The position numbers and the translations under genes are program-made. A model generated the notes under the pieces. It had not been told where the DNA came from. It was given only the letters and a program-made list of their open reading frames with translations, and ran no database searches. A DNA stretch of 43,064 nt, from contig CAZTSA010000001.1 in NCBI GenBank assembly GCA_964616885.1, forward strand, positions 1 to 43,064, given 5' to 3'. Shown in pieces: positions 24,138 through 33,580 of this stretch (positions are counted from its first letter, which is position 1; each line of letters starts with the position of its first letter). This DNA is from an uncultured Clostridia bacterium. GTDB taxonomy: Bacteria > UBA6262 > WVXT01.

Positions 24138-24225
24138 TCAGGTGCTCCCTGGCCGTGACTCGTGCCATGGCACGGGCAGGCCCTCCTCACGGCACGGGCA
24201 GGCTAACCAGATGAGCTATGGGCCC
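24138..24225 (-). pseudogene. Truncated copy of the tRNA(CAU) 5' half, split by a 56-nt GC-rich repeat insertion (24148-24203)
   Basis: The minus strand reads GGGCCCATAGCTCATCTGGTTA, then the 56-nt insert, then GAGCACCTGA. Outside the insert there is one mismatch to positions 1-32 of the intact tRNA. Homology stops at the start of the anticodon loop. Confidence 0.65.
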
Positions 24226-24372
24226 GCAAAAAATACTTCTAACTATAAGTTTCACTTTACTATCTAATTTTGGCTTTGATTGTACAAAAAATGACGGTGG
24301 AAGTCAATAACTATTTGAAGCGTGCAATGACAGCCTCACGTAAAAATGGTCGCTGTTCCTATTTTATCTATC

Positions 24373-25827
24373 TTATTTTTCGTCGAGATAGATGGTTTTG
24401 TATTGAGTGAAGAACTCGATGGCTGTTCTTCCCATCTCCCGGAAGTAGGAGGTGGACTCCTTCATGCCTCCGAACGGGACATGGGGCTCCGCGCCGGCAG
24501 TAGAATTGTTCACATGCACCAAGCCCACACCAATCTCACGTATGAACATGAGCACATTTCCTATATCTCTGGTACAGATGGAGGCACTCAGTCCATAGCG
24601 GGAATCATTGGCAATATCAATGGCTTCCTGAATGTCTCTGGCTTTGAGTATACATACGAAAGGACCAAACACTTCTTCCTGGGCAATTCTCATGCTGGGT
24701 TTCACTTCGCCAAAGATGGTTGGCTCAAGGAAGTATCCCTTTTCGTATTCTCTACCCTCAAGCCGTCTCCCACCACATAAAAGTTTAGCTCCCTCTTCCT
24801 TTCCCACCTTTACATAATCGAGGACCATTTCCAGTTGTTCCTCACTTACCATTGGACCAACCTGGGTTTCTGAATCCATGCCATTTCCGATTCTGAGATT
24901 TTTAGTCTTCTTAACCATAAGCTCCACAAACGCTCCATGTATCTTTTCCTGAACTATTATCCTGCCTGTCGCAGTACATTTCTGACCGGTTGACCAGAAA
25001 GAACCGTCAATTGCTATATCGGTAGCCTGGTCAAGGTCCGCATCTTCCATAACAATTAAGGGGTTCTGGCCGCCCATCTCCAGTTGCAATTTGGGGCGCT
25101 GCCCGGCTACCTTGAGCGCAATTTTACTGCCTGTTGAGCAGGAACCTGTAAAGGATATACCATTAACTGCAGGGTGTGTAACCAGAGCATCACCCAGTTC
25201 GCTACTGCTACCTGTTATAAAATTGAAGACACCAGGGGGAAAACCTGCTTCGTCAATAACGCTGGCCAGTTCGAGACCACATTGCGGAGTGAGATTTGCA
25301 GGTTTGAATACGACCGTGTTACCGTAAACCAGGGCTGGTGCAATTTTCCACAAAGGTATGACGAAAGGGAAATTCCAGGGGGTAAGTACACAGACGACAC
25401 CCAGAGGTTCACGCAGAGTAAAGAGAAGCCTGCCAGGCTTACCCGAAGGAAAGGTTGTTCCGGTCATTCTCCATCCCTCTCCCCCGTAGAATCGAAGTAA
25501 CTGCAGACCCCTCAGCACTTCGCCCTCCGCTTCCTTTAAAGTCTTGCCCATTTCCCGGGTTACCATACCCGTTACTTGATCCAGTCTTTTTTCTAAAATA
25601 TTGGCTACCCTAAACAGTAATTCCCCCCTCTGAGTCGCTGGCGTCGATGCCCATGAGTTTTTATAACTTTCTGCCGCATCAAAAGCAAGATTCACATCTT
25701 CACTGCTGGAACGCTGATATATGCCTATCACATCAGTCGTGTCTGCAGGATTAATGCTTTTATAGGTCATACCCCCTTTAGATTCCTGCCATTTGCCATT
25801 AATATAATTCTTGTTGACCTGATTCAT
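24373..25827 (-). CDS. NAD(P)+-dependent aldehyde dehydrogenase
   Basis: It has FTGS..TG, the LEMGGQNP Glu block and the GQKCTATGR Cys block. It is 484 aa. Confidence 0.95.
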   Translation of the reverse strand: MNQVNKNYINGKWQESKGGMTYKSINPADTTDVIGIYQRSSSEDVNLAFDAAESYKNSWASTPATQRGELLFRVANILEKRLDQVTGMVTREMGKTLKEAEGEVLRGLQLLRFYGGEGWRMTGTTFPSGKPGRLLFTLREPLGVVCVLTPWNFPFVIPLWKIAPALVYGNTVVFKPANLTPQCGLELASVIDEAGFPPGVFNFITGSSSELGDALVTHPAVNGISFTGSCSTGSKIALKVAGQRPKLQLEMGGQNPLIVMEDADLDQATDIAIDGSFWSTGQKCTATGRIIVQEKIHGAFVELMVKKTKNLRIGNGMDSETQVGPMVSEEQLEMVLDYVKVGKEEGAKLLCGGRRLEGREYEKGYFLEPTIFGEVKPSMRIAQEEVFGPFVCILKARDIQEAIDIANDSRYGLSASICTRDIGNVLMFIREIGVGLVHVNNSTAGAEPHVPFGGMKESTSYFREMGRTAIEFFTQYKTIYLDEK

Positions 25828-25983
25828 TCTTTACCTCCTATGACTATCTAGTTTTATTCCGCCTTAGCCGGAAAAGATAATGTAGACTTTACTCCGTTAG
25901 AAATTCTTCCAAGGAAATTTCTAAATTCATTGTTAATGAGGTTTATCTCCGAATGTTTCTCGGTTTTTGATACCCGGTAGAAA

Positions 25984-27147
25984 CTAATAGGCTTTCTCGT
26001 ATATGGAGGCAACATCCTTGAGGTTTGTCTCTCGTGGGTTGACTTTCACGTTCCCGCTTTTCATGGTATCGTCTGCCATCCGGGGAATATCTTCTGTCTT
26101 TACGCCCAAGGAGCTGAGTTTGGCCGGGACACCCAAGGAGTCACGAAGAAAAGCTACTTTCTGGACTGCCCTGGTTGCTGCTTCCGTATTACTCATATTC
26201 TTGACCTCAATTCCCATAACTTCAGCGATGTCTGCATATTTATCGGGCAGGGCCTGGGCATTATACTCCATCACATAGGGAAGAAGAAGTGCATTGGCCA
26301 CGCCATGGGGAATCCCATAGATTCCACCCAGAGGGTGACTCATAGCGTGCACAAGGCCTAGACGGGAGAGGCTAAAAGCCATACCGGCCATGGTGCTTGC
26401 TATCGCCATATTAAATGTCGCTTCAATGTCGCTGTCACTTTCTACTGCTCGTACTATGTTTTGTGAGATTAATCGAATTGCCTTAAGTGCAAGCATCTCG
26501 GAGAAAGGAGTAGCTATCCTTGAACAGTAGGACTCCACGGCATGGCAGAGAGCGTCGAGGCCAACACTGGCAGCAATATGGTGGGGAAGTCCAACCATGA
26601 GTTCAGGGTCTATCAGGGCAAGGTCGGGTATAATCAAGGGGCTTCCAATGGCAGCCTTAAATTTTCTCTTTCTGTCAGTGATTACAGCAAAGGAAGTCAC
26701 CTCGCTCCCCGACCCATAAGTAGTGGGTATGGCAACCATCCATGGAATACGCCTCCCTACCTTGCTTACCCCTTCGTAGTCCATAATCTTGCCGCCGTTA
26801 CTTTTCAGTATTCCAATAGCCTTGGCGGTATCAATGGAACTTCCCCCACCCAGGGCAAGCAGGGAATCGCATTCGTCCTTTTGGAATATTTTGAATCCTT
26901 CTTCTACCACTGAGGAGGAGGGGTTCGGTTCAACATCTTGAAAAATGGCAAAATCTATATGTTCTTCCTTAAGCCTCTGGGCAGTTTCCGCGACGAGGCC
27001 TGTCCGGATTATCCCCGGGTCAGTTACCAGAAGAGGTTTGTGAATTCCCGATTTCTTGATTTCTTCGGCAATTTTTCTGAGGGAGCCTGGACCACAAACT
27101 ATGCGTGTAGGTAAATAGTATTCAAATGATTCCACAATACACTCCAT
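25984..27147 (-). CDS. Iron-containing (group III) alcohol dehydrogenase
   Basis: It has GGGSSIDTAK, and His-rich metal motifs (LDALCHAVES, HAMSHPLGG..GIPHG). I placed the start at MECIV (ATG 27147), which sits inside the tRNA-flank repeat. Confidence 0.95.
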   Translation of the reverse strand: MECIVESFEYYLPTRIVCGPGSLRKIAEEIKKSGIHKPLLVTDPGIIRTGLVAETAQRLKEEHIDFAIFQDVEPNPSSSVVEEGFKIFQKDECDSLLALGGGSSIDTAKAIGILKSNGGKIMDYEGVSKVGRRIPWMVAIPTTYGSGSEVTSFAVITDRKRKFKAAIGSPLIIPDLALIDPELMVGLPHHIAASVGLDALCHAVESYCSRIATPFSEMLALKAIRLISQNIVRAVESDSDIEATFNMAIASTMAGMAFSLSRLGLVHAMSHPLGGIYGIPHGVANALLLPYVMEYNAQALPDKYADIAEVMGIEVKNMSNTEAATRAVQKVAFLRDSLGVPAKLSSLGVKTEDIPRMADDTMKSGNVKVNPRETNLKDVASIYEKAY

Positions 27148-27171
27148 TTCCCAGGGTGGCAAAATAGAAAA

Positions 27172-27223
27172 TGGGCCCGCCAGGACTTGAACCTAAAACA
27201 TCCTGATTATGAGTCAAGCGCTC
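27172..27223 (-). pseudogene. Degenerate tRNA(CAU) 3' fragment (anticodon arm, T arm and 3' acceptor strand; no 5' acceptor strand)
   Basis: The minus strand reads GAGCGCTTGACTCATAATCAGGATGTTTTAGGTTCAAGTCCTGGCGGGCCCA. The sequence upstream of it cannot pair with the 3' acceptor strand. Confidence 0.65.
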
Positions 27224-27305
27224 CATGACAGCAAAAAAATTCCATCTTCCTTTCTTGTTTTAGAAAGAGGAACCAAAATCCTCTGCACCCATAATTGGTC
27301 CTTTT

Positions 27306-27560
27306 TCAAATGAAGATTTTCTCTTCTTTGAGTTTGACAGCAATCAGTGTTTCTGTTGCAGCCGTGCCTGGAATTGCTCTCATCTTATTAACCACGACTG
27401 CGGCAAGTTCATCTACGTCCTCTGCCTGCACAGTAACCACGAGGTCCCACCTGCCAAAAACAGCAATAACTTTCTGGACTCCACTGACCTGCCTTAATGC
27501 TTCCATAACGGCTTCCTCATGTCCTGATAATAAACGGACAAAGACCAGAGCGGAGACCAT
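27306..27560 (-). CDS. Lrp/AsnC ligand-binding (RAM) domain-only protein
   Basis: It is 84 aa with a beta-alpha-beta-beta-alpha-beta pattern (V..V....G.DL.V.V.A.D...L). Confidence 0.75.
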   Translation of the reverse strand: MVSALVFVRLLSGHEEAVMEALRQVSGVQKVIAVFGRWDLVVTVQAEDVDELAAVVVNKMRAIPGTAATETLIAVKLKEEKIFI

Positions 27561-27676
27561 TAAGTTTCCTCCTCAGCTCCAGAAAAATTGAACCAGTAAA
27601 TGGTCCGAAATTAACGCGGAGCTTTTGCTCCGCTACTCCATTCAACCCAGAGCTATGGCTCTCAGGCTACATCTAA

Positions 27677-28249
27677 TTATCGGCTTGATGAGTTTAACCC
27701 ATGTAGCTTCAGGTCAGTGAAATATTTGACCTTACAAGCATGCTCAATAGAACATATTGTAACGAAAGCTTCTTCGACAATCTTTCCGATGGCAATGGGT
27801 CCGTGTTCTTTTATTATGGCACCTTTATGATCTTTTAGGGCATTGGCCGCATTTTGAGCAAGTTCTCTTGACCCTACTCCTCCTGTTATGATAGGAATCT
27901 CATGCAAGAAGTATTTGCTTTCACAGTCGGTCGGGACTAAGAGATTTGTAGAGGAAATCATCGATTGGATTATGGCAAATGGAGAATGTGCGTGGATTAT
28001 GGCTAATGCTGAAGTCTCTTTATAAATATGCCTGTGGACTATGGTTTCTGAGGAAGCTATGGTGTCGAAACTGCTGGGCTTATCCAGATCCAACTCCACG
28101 ACCATGTTCTCATCGACCTCGTCGAGCATGCTGCCACTTCTGGTAATTATGAGTTTGTTTCCCACTCTGACACTTATGTTGCCAAAATGGGAATGGGTTA
28201 ATCCAGATTGAACCAGCTTCTTACCGAATTTGCTGATTTCTCTCCACAT
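27677..28249 (-). CDS. Class II aldolase/adducin family protein
   Basis: It has GNISVR, ITRSGS and zinc His motifs (HRHIY, IHAHSP). Confidence 0.85.
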   Translation of the reverse strand: MWREISKFGKKLVQSGLTHSHFGNISVRVGNKLIITRSGSMLDEVDENMVVELDLDKPSSFDTIASSETIVHRHIYKETSALAIIHAHSPFAIIQSMISSTNLLVPTDCESKYFLHEIPIITGGVGSRELAQNAANALKDHKGAIIKEHGPIAIGKIVEEAFVTICSIEHACKVKYFTDLKLHGLNSSSR

Positions 28250-28287
28250 TGCGGCTCCTTTAGTTGGGAGGCCACGGAGTGCCTCCC

Positions 28288-30024
28288 CTACATTTTAATG
28301 TTAAGTTGTTCCAGTTTCTCCTTTGTAGGAATCCCTTCGCTATTCCATCCCCGGAAACGGTAGTATTCCAGGAGAGAAGATAGAAACTCGTCTTTGTTGA
28401 TATTCCTTCCGTCCACTCCTCCGTCTTCTTGGAAAAACCTTTCAGGAAGGGTATCCTGTTTATTACTGAAATTTTCTTTGAGGTTGAATAATCTTTCTAT
28501 ATTCCAGATCCTTTCTCCTATCTCCAGCAGTCTTTCCGAGACAAAATCTACCCCGGTTACCGCACTTAAGATATTTGCCCATTCTTCCTCCCCTACACTG
28601 AAAAGTGCAAATTTACAAACTACCAAGGAATCGACTGCGGTAAAGAGATTTTGAATGACCTGGACAAGACCAGACTTCCCTGAGAAAGTGAGCCTATTTA
28701 CCAGTTTGGGCTTGCCAAAAATTTCTGGACCAATCATATATGCCCTGAGGTGGCATCCGCCTCTATTAGAAGTGGCATATCCTAAAGCCAACCCCAGGAC
28801 TCCTCGCGGGTCATAGCCGGGTAACTCAAGACCCTTAACCTGCATGCTTGTATCCGGTCTCTTATGAACTCTTGAGTATCTCATCGAGCCTTCTGACAAT
28901 TCCCGTCCGATGTCTTTTCTTTCTCCGATCAGTTCTATTAATTCTAGTAATCCTTCGTCTGTGAGTTGTTCTCCAGTGAGTTCCATATGGCAGGCAATTG
29001 TGCTTCCCGTAGTAATTGTGTCCATACCGTATTCATTGCAGAGTCTATTTGCCTTCATAATTGTCTGAATGCTGGAAATTCTACAGGAGGAGCCGAACAT
29101 ACTTATAGTCTCATATTCGGGTATTTCCATTTGGGAATCCCTGTCTTCACGCTTGCACGCTATGGGACAGGCATAGCAAGGAGTCTTTTTTATAGAAAAT
29201 GTGGAATTTATCTTCTCTCCAGAGATTTCCTCTGCAAATTCGAATCGGGAGAACCTGAAATTCCCGGTAGGGAGAATCCTCATATAGTTTATCAGGTTGA
29301 CGAGAACTGCTGTTCCGTATTCGCTAAGTCCTTTGGAAGATACGGGACTGGCCACAAGAAGCCGACTTATGTCTTGAAAATACTTCTTATACCCATCTTT
29401 GTCAAAGAGCCGTACTTTCTCTCCTCCCGCTACAACAATTGCTTTTAGATTCTTGCTGGCCATCACTGCTCCCAAACCACCGCGACCGCAGGTATGGGTG
29501 TAATCGCTCATTATGCTGGCAAACCTTACGCCTTTTTCGCCCGCCTTTCCTATGCAGGCAACTTTTCCAAATCTCGATAGTTCCCGCGTGACTTCCCTGG
29601 TATTCCTTCCCCATAGATGCTTTGCATCTTTTATGGTGATCTTACCATTGTGGACCTCTATGTAGACTGGCTCCTCTGCTCTTCCGGATATGACTAAGCC
29701 GTCAAATCCAGCAAACTTTAGTTCAGGCCCAAAAGTTCCGCCACTGTTAGAATCGAATATGGTGCCGGTTAGTGGAGATTTTGAAACAGAGGCAAACCGT
29801 CCGGAAGTGGGACAAGTGGTACCGGTGAGCGGCCCGGCAGCAAAGACGAGGATATTTTCCAAGGAGAGTGGGTCGACGCCTGGCTTCACTAAATCATAGA
29901 CTAATTTCACGCCTAACCCGCGGCCTCCCAAATAGTCTGTGAGGAATTCCTTATTTAACGGGATATACTCTACTTTCCTTTCAGTTAAATGAACTTGTGC
30001 GATCTTACCATTCCAGCCGAACAT
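28288..30024 (-). CDS. Aldehyde:ferredoxin oxidoreductase (tungstopterin AOR family)
   Basis: It has the N-terminal AOR block (GWNGKIAQVHLT....YLGGRGLG) and the Cys motif region of the 4Fe-4S/pterin domain. The ATG at 30024 is preceded by GGAGG 5 nt upstream. Confidence 0.93.
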   Translation of the reverse strand: MFGWNGKIAQVHLTERKVEYIPLNKEFLTDYLGGRGLGVKLVYDLVKPGVDPLSLENILVFAAGPLTGTTCPTSGRFASVSKSPLTGTIFDSNSGGTFGPELKFAGFDGLVISGRAEEPVYIEVHNGKITIKDAKHLWGRNTREVTRELSRFGKVACIGKAGEKGVRFASIMSDYTHTCGRGGLGAVMASKNLKAIVVAGGEKVRLFDKDGYKKYFQDISRLLVASPVSSKGLSEYGTAVLVNLINYMRILPTGNFRFSRFEFAEEISGEKINSTFSIKKTPCYACPIACKREDRDSQMEIPEYETISMFGSSCRISSIQTIMKANRLCNEYGMDTITTGSTIACHMELTGEQLTDEGLLELIELIGERKDIGRELSEGSMRYSRVHKRPDTSMQVKGLELPGYDPRGVLGLALGYATSNRGGCHLRAYMIGPEIFGKPKLVNRLTFSGKSGLVQVIQNLFTAVDSLVVCKFALFSVGEEEWANILSAVTGVDFVSERLLEIGERIWNIERLFNLKENFSNKQDTLPERFFQEDGGVDGRNINKDEFLSSLLEYYRFRGWNSEGIPTKEKLEQLNIKM

Positions 30025-30025
30025 C

Positions 30026-30253
30026 TTAGCCTCCAGCAATTACGGGGAAGAGGCAAAGGGTATCTCCATCTTGGAGCATAGTCTCTTTTCCCCGAGTATG
30101 CTCATTGAGGATGACCAGAAGAGGCTCTTCTTCGGGGATTCCTATCTTGGAAAGTAGATCTTTTACGCTGGAGCCTTCCTGGATATTTATTTCCAGATTG
30201 TCTTTTCCGGAAAACTTGCGGATGCTAGCGAAAAATCTTACATTTATTTTCAT
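30026..30253 (-). CDS. MoaD/ThiS-family ubiquitin-like sulfur carrier
   Basis: It is 75 aa with a beta-grasp pattern and a C-terminal GG. Confidence 0.85.
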   Translation of the reverse strand: MKINVRFFASIRKFSGKDNLEINIQEGSSVKDLLSKIGIPEEEPLLVILNEHTRGKETMLQDGDTLCLFPVIAGG

Positions 30254-30286
30254 CAGAAAAAAGGGGACAGGGTACTTTCTCCCTTT

Positions 30287-33200
30287 TTAGAAGAGGCAGT
30301 AAGGGGTTGGGCAACCCCCGGCATATTCTGAGTCCACACTTACGTATCCAGATGCTTCTTCGCTCACCTCTTCCCGGACGGAACCGAGATAGAGGACCTG
30401 CTGGGGTTTGCTTCCATACCTATACACCGTGACCCCTTTGCATCCGAGCTTATACGCAAGCTTGTAAACTTTTTCTACTTCTTCCACTGTGGACTCGTAC
30501 GGGAGATTGACTGTCTTCGATACAGCGTTGTCTGTATACTTCTGGAAAGCTGCCTGCATTCTAACATGCCATTCTGGGGAGATATCGAAAGCTGTCAAGA
30601 ATATCTTTCTTATGTAGGCCGGAATCTTCTTCATCTGTTGTATAGAACCTTTCTTTGCTATCTCCCCCAGTAATTTCTTATTGTAAAATCCTTTACCTAT
30701 GGCTAATTCTTCAAACAGACTATTGGTCTCCAGAAACTGGGTGCCTTCGAGTATCTTTCGGACATAAGATATAGCAAATAAAGGCTCTATGCCGCTGGAA
30801 CAACCCGCAATAGTACTTATCGTCCCTGTGGGAGCAATTGTGGTTAAAGAGGCGTTTCGCACTCTGATTTTTCTCTTATCCCAAACACTTCCTCTAAAAT
30901 TTGGAAAGACGCCCCTCAATTCCGCTAGCCTCTTCGATTTTTCTCTCGCTTCTCTCGTTACGAATTTCATAATCTTCCCAGCGACGCCGATTCCCTCCCG
31001 GGAATCATAGGGAATACCTAGTTTGATTAACATTTCAGCAAATCCCATGACTCCCAAGCCAATTTTTCTATTACTCTTGGTTATTTTTTCTATTTGAGAG
31101 AGCGGATATTTATTGACATCGATAATGTTGTCCAGAAAATGGACAGCGGTTCTTACCACCTTACTCAGTTTTTGCCAGTTTATCTTATTTTTTTCGACCA
31201 TCTTGGATAGATTTATTGAGCCTAAAACACACGACTCGTATGGCAACAACGGCTGTTCCCCACAGTTCGCAACCACGATACCACTGGCAATATACGACCC
31301 AGACACAGGCTCAGTTAAATTATACACTAGTTCTTTCCCATAACGCTCAATAGACTTTACTTTATCGTAGAACTTGTCAGAATAGAAATTACGTTCTCTC
31401 AATTTATCTATTTTTTGAACAAACTTATCCTGAATAAAACCAATAGAATTTAAGAAATTCAAAATGTTCCGCCTAGAAATTTGCAGTTCGAAAAACATTC
31501 CACTTGTTGAATAATCTCTTTTTTCCCCTTGTATAGTGGTATAGCTAAACTTTCTCTGAGGCGGTCTCTTCCTGTCGTAAATTTTGCTCTTGATTCCAAA
31601 ATTTAGAAGCAAAAGCTGAACTTCCTTTAAGAGCCTTTTTGAATTTGAGCTTAATCTAATATAGACAGTGCCATTTCCCTCGCAAATGTTTATTGTTCCG
31701 TCAGAGCTAAATAAGCCCTGCAAAAATCCAGCAATGGATTCCCTGGGAGCGGTGAACATACTTTCAGGGACTACCTTATCAGTAGCTTTAAACGGTCTAA
31801 CACCAAGGAGCTTGAAGAACTCTACGAAGCCCTTACCATGGTAGGATAACTGATAGGAGTTATTACCTCTATTGACTTCTCGAATATTTTTCCCGTACCA
31901 CTTATTCAAAATAGATTTCAGGTAACCTAAGAGAGGTCGGTCGTTCTTTCCAAAACTAAAGCCAACACGACAATCTTTATCCCCAGTCCTCAACCAACCA
32001 TCGCCTATTAGCCAGCCCAGAACTTGCCCTAATTCCTTGCTCCAAAGAGTAGGCAAGTTCAATGTGGCTCTGTTAGTAAAGTTATTTAAGTAATCGCCCT
32101 CAACAGGTAATTTCTTTTCCTTCCTAAAACTACCTGCCCCAGATTGGATCATTACTTCATGGCTGGAATCTAAATTGGCCAATTTAACCCAACCTTGAGT
32201 AGTTAAGACTTTATGGTTGGCGGTGGCAAGCAGTTCATAACCAGATTTAGTAATAAGCTTGAAAACTTCTTTTTCGCCATTTTCGTATATTTTAACTGAA
32301 TTTCTCAATGCAACACCTTCCGTCCCAAGGACTCTGTTGTCCGTCAAGATGTTAATCCCCCCATTAAGGCTGCCATTCTTGTGCCTTTGGTAAATGCTTT
32401 CAATTTTCTCCAAACCCCTTTCGGTGGCGATTAGACACTCGCCAACAATGCAGGGGTTGGTGCTTTCTATTATTCCAATCTGGGCTGTGGGATTATATTT
32501 ATTTATTCGGTCAATAAACACCAGTCCCGGATCTCCTGTCTTCCAGGCTGTCGCTACTATCAAGTTAAATACATCTCTGGCCCTTAATTTTCTGGTAGGC
32601 TTTCCTGTCCTAGGATTTATTAACTCGTACTCTTTATCATCCTCGACTAATTTCATAAACTTATCGGTTATAGCGACTGAGAGATTGAAATTGGTAAACG
32701 CTCCCTCTTTGGTCTTAGCTGTGACGAACTCCAGGATATCGGGGTGGTCTATTCTCAATATTCCCATATTTGCTCCCCTTCTCCTGCCTCCCTGTTTGAT
32801 TATATCTGTTGCCATATCGAACACCCGCATAAATGAAACAGGGCCGGAAGCAATTCCCTTGGTTGACTTGACCAAGTCTCCTTTTGGTCTCAATCTAGAA
32901 AATGAAAACCCTGTTCCCCCACCCGACTGGTGAATTAAGGCCATATCTTTTACTGCTTCGAAGATCGATTTCATAGAATCTTCCACAGGTAAAACAAAGC
33001 AAGCGGATAATTGACCCATTCTGGTCCCGGCATTAATCAGAGTGGGGCTGTTGGGAATGAACTCCAGATTTGACATAATCCTGTAGAACTCCCTTTCTGA
33101 TTTTTCTGGGTCAAATTTTCTCCCATAAAGGCGGTCGGCGCTGGCCACCTCTCTTGCCACTCTCTGGAACATTTTCTTAGGGGTTTCTATTAGATTGCCT

Positions 33201-33580
33201 AATTCATCTTTCAATAGGTATCTCTTTTCCAGAATTCTTACTGCGTTCACTGGCAATTTTAGATCGTCTTCTACGCCAAAGATTCCTTTGGCTTCGCGGA
33301 CTTCTTTTCGCTTCTGGCGGTATAATATATATGCCTTTGCCACTCTGGCAAGTCCATGTTTAATTAGAACATTCTCTACGATATCCTGTATATCTTCAAC
33401 GCCAGGAATTTTTTGCGCAAATTTCTGCTTGACTATCTTTATCACTTCTCGGGATAATTGTTGGGCCAGGTTTCTGTCCTTTAGCCTTACCGCGAGGATA
33501 CTTTTTTCAATGGCCCTGGTGATTTTATCCTGGTCAAAATCGGCTATTCTGCCATTCCTCTTGCGAATTTTTGTTACCAC
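30287..33580 (-). CDS. nrdJ: Class II (adenosylcobalamin-dependent) ribonucleotide reductase with an N-terminal ATP-cone, interrupted by an intein
   Basis: It has an ATP-cone (KRNGRIADFDQDKI). The extein junction STNP|CGEQPL reconstitutes the class II TNPCGE motif, and there is a C-terminal Cys pair. The proposed start is the GTG at 33580 with the SD GGGGAAG; the in-frame ORF continues upstream to 33676. Confidence 0.93.
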   Translation of the reverse strand: MVTKIRKRNGRIADFDQDKITRAIEKSILAVRLKDRNLAQQLSREVIKIVKQKFAQKIPGVEDIQDIVENVLIKHGLARVAKAYILYRQKRKEVREAKGIFGVEDDLKLPVNAVRILEKRYLLKDELGNLIETPKKMFQRVAREVASADRLYGRKFDPEKSEREFYRIMSNLEFIPNSPTLINAGTRMGQLSACFVLPVEDSMKSIFEAVKDMALIHQSGGGTGFSFSRLRPKGDLVKSTKGIASGPVSFMRVFDMATDIIKQGGRRRGANMGILRIDHPDILEFVTAKTKEGAFTNFNLSVAITDKFMKLVEDDKEYELINPRTGKPTRKLRARDVFNLIVATAWKTGDPGLVFIDRINKYNPTAQIGIIESTNPCIVGECLIATERGLEKIESIYQRHKNGSLNGGINILTDNRVLGTEGVALRNSVKIYENGEKEVFKLITKSGYELLATANHKVLTTQGWVKLANLDSSHEVMIQSGAGSFRKEKKLPVEGDYLNNFTNRATLNLPTLWSKELGQVLGWLIGDGWLRTGDKDCRVGFSFGKNDRPLLGYLKSILNKWYGKNIREVNRGNNSYQLSYHGKGFVEFFKLLGVRPFKATDKVVPESMFTAPRESIAGFLQGLFSSDGTINICEGNGTVYIRLSSNSKRLLKEVQLLLLNFGIKSKIYDRKRPPQRKFSYTTIQGEKRDYSTSGMFFELQISRRNILNFLNSIGFIQDKFVQKIDKLRERNFYSDKFYDKVKSIERYGKELVYNLTEPVSGSYIASGIVVANCGEQPLLPYESCVLGSINLSKMVEKNKINWQKLSKVVRTAVHFLDNIIDVNKYPLSQIEKITKSNRKIGLGVMGFAEMLIKLGIPYDSREGIGVAGKIMKFVTREAREKSKRLAELRGVFPNFRGSVWDKRKIRVRNASLTTIAPTGTISTIAGCSSGIEPLFAISYVRKILEGTQFLETNSLFEELAIGKGFYNKKLLGEIAKKGSIQQMKKIPAYIRKIFLTAFDISPEWHVRMQAAFQKYTDNAVSKTVNLPYESTVEEVEKVYKLAYKLGCKGVTVYRYGSKPQQVLYLGSVREEVSEEASGYVSVDSEYAGGCPTPYCLF
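31265..32452 (-). mobile_element. Intein (396 aa) with a LAGLIDADG homing endonuclease domain
   Basis: It starts with Cys (CIVGECLIA), has block B ATANHKVLT and two LAGLIDADG motifs (LGWLIGDGWL, GFLQGLFSSDGT), and ends in GIVVAN followed by the +1 Cys of CGEQ. Confidence 0.9.

Noticed and set aside
23892-24225. Group I intron with a GIY-YIG homing endonuclease in the tRNA anticodon loop
   Set aside because: The ORF fills almost the whole interval, leaving no room for a ribozyme core. The downstream partner is a complete tRNA rather than a 3' half.
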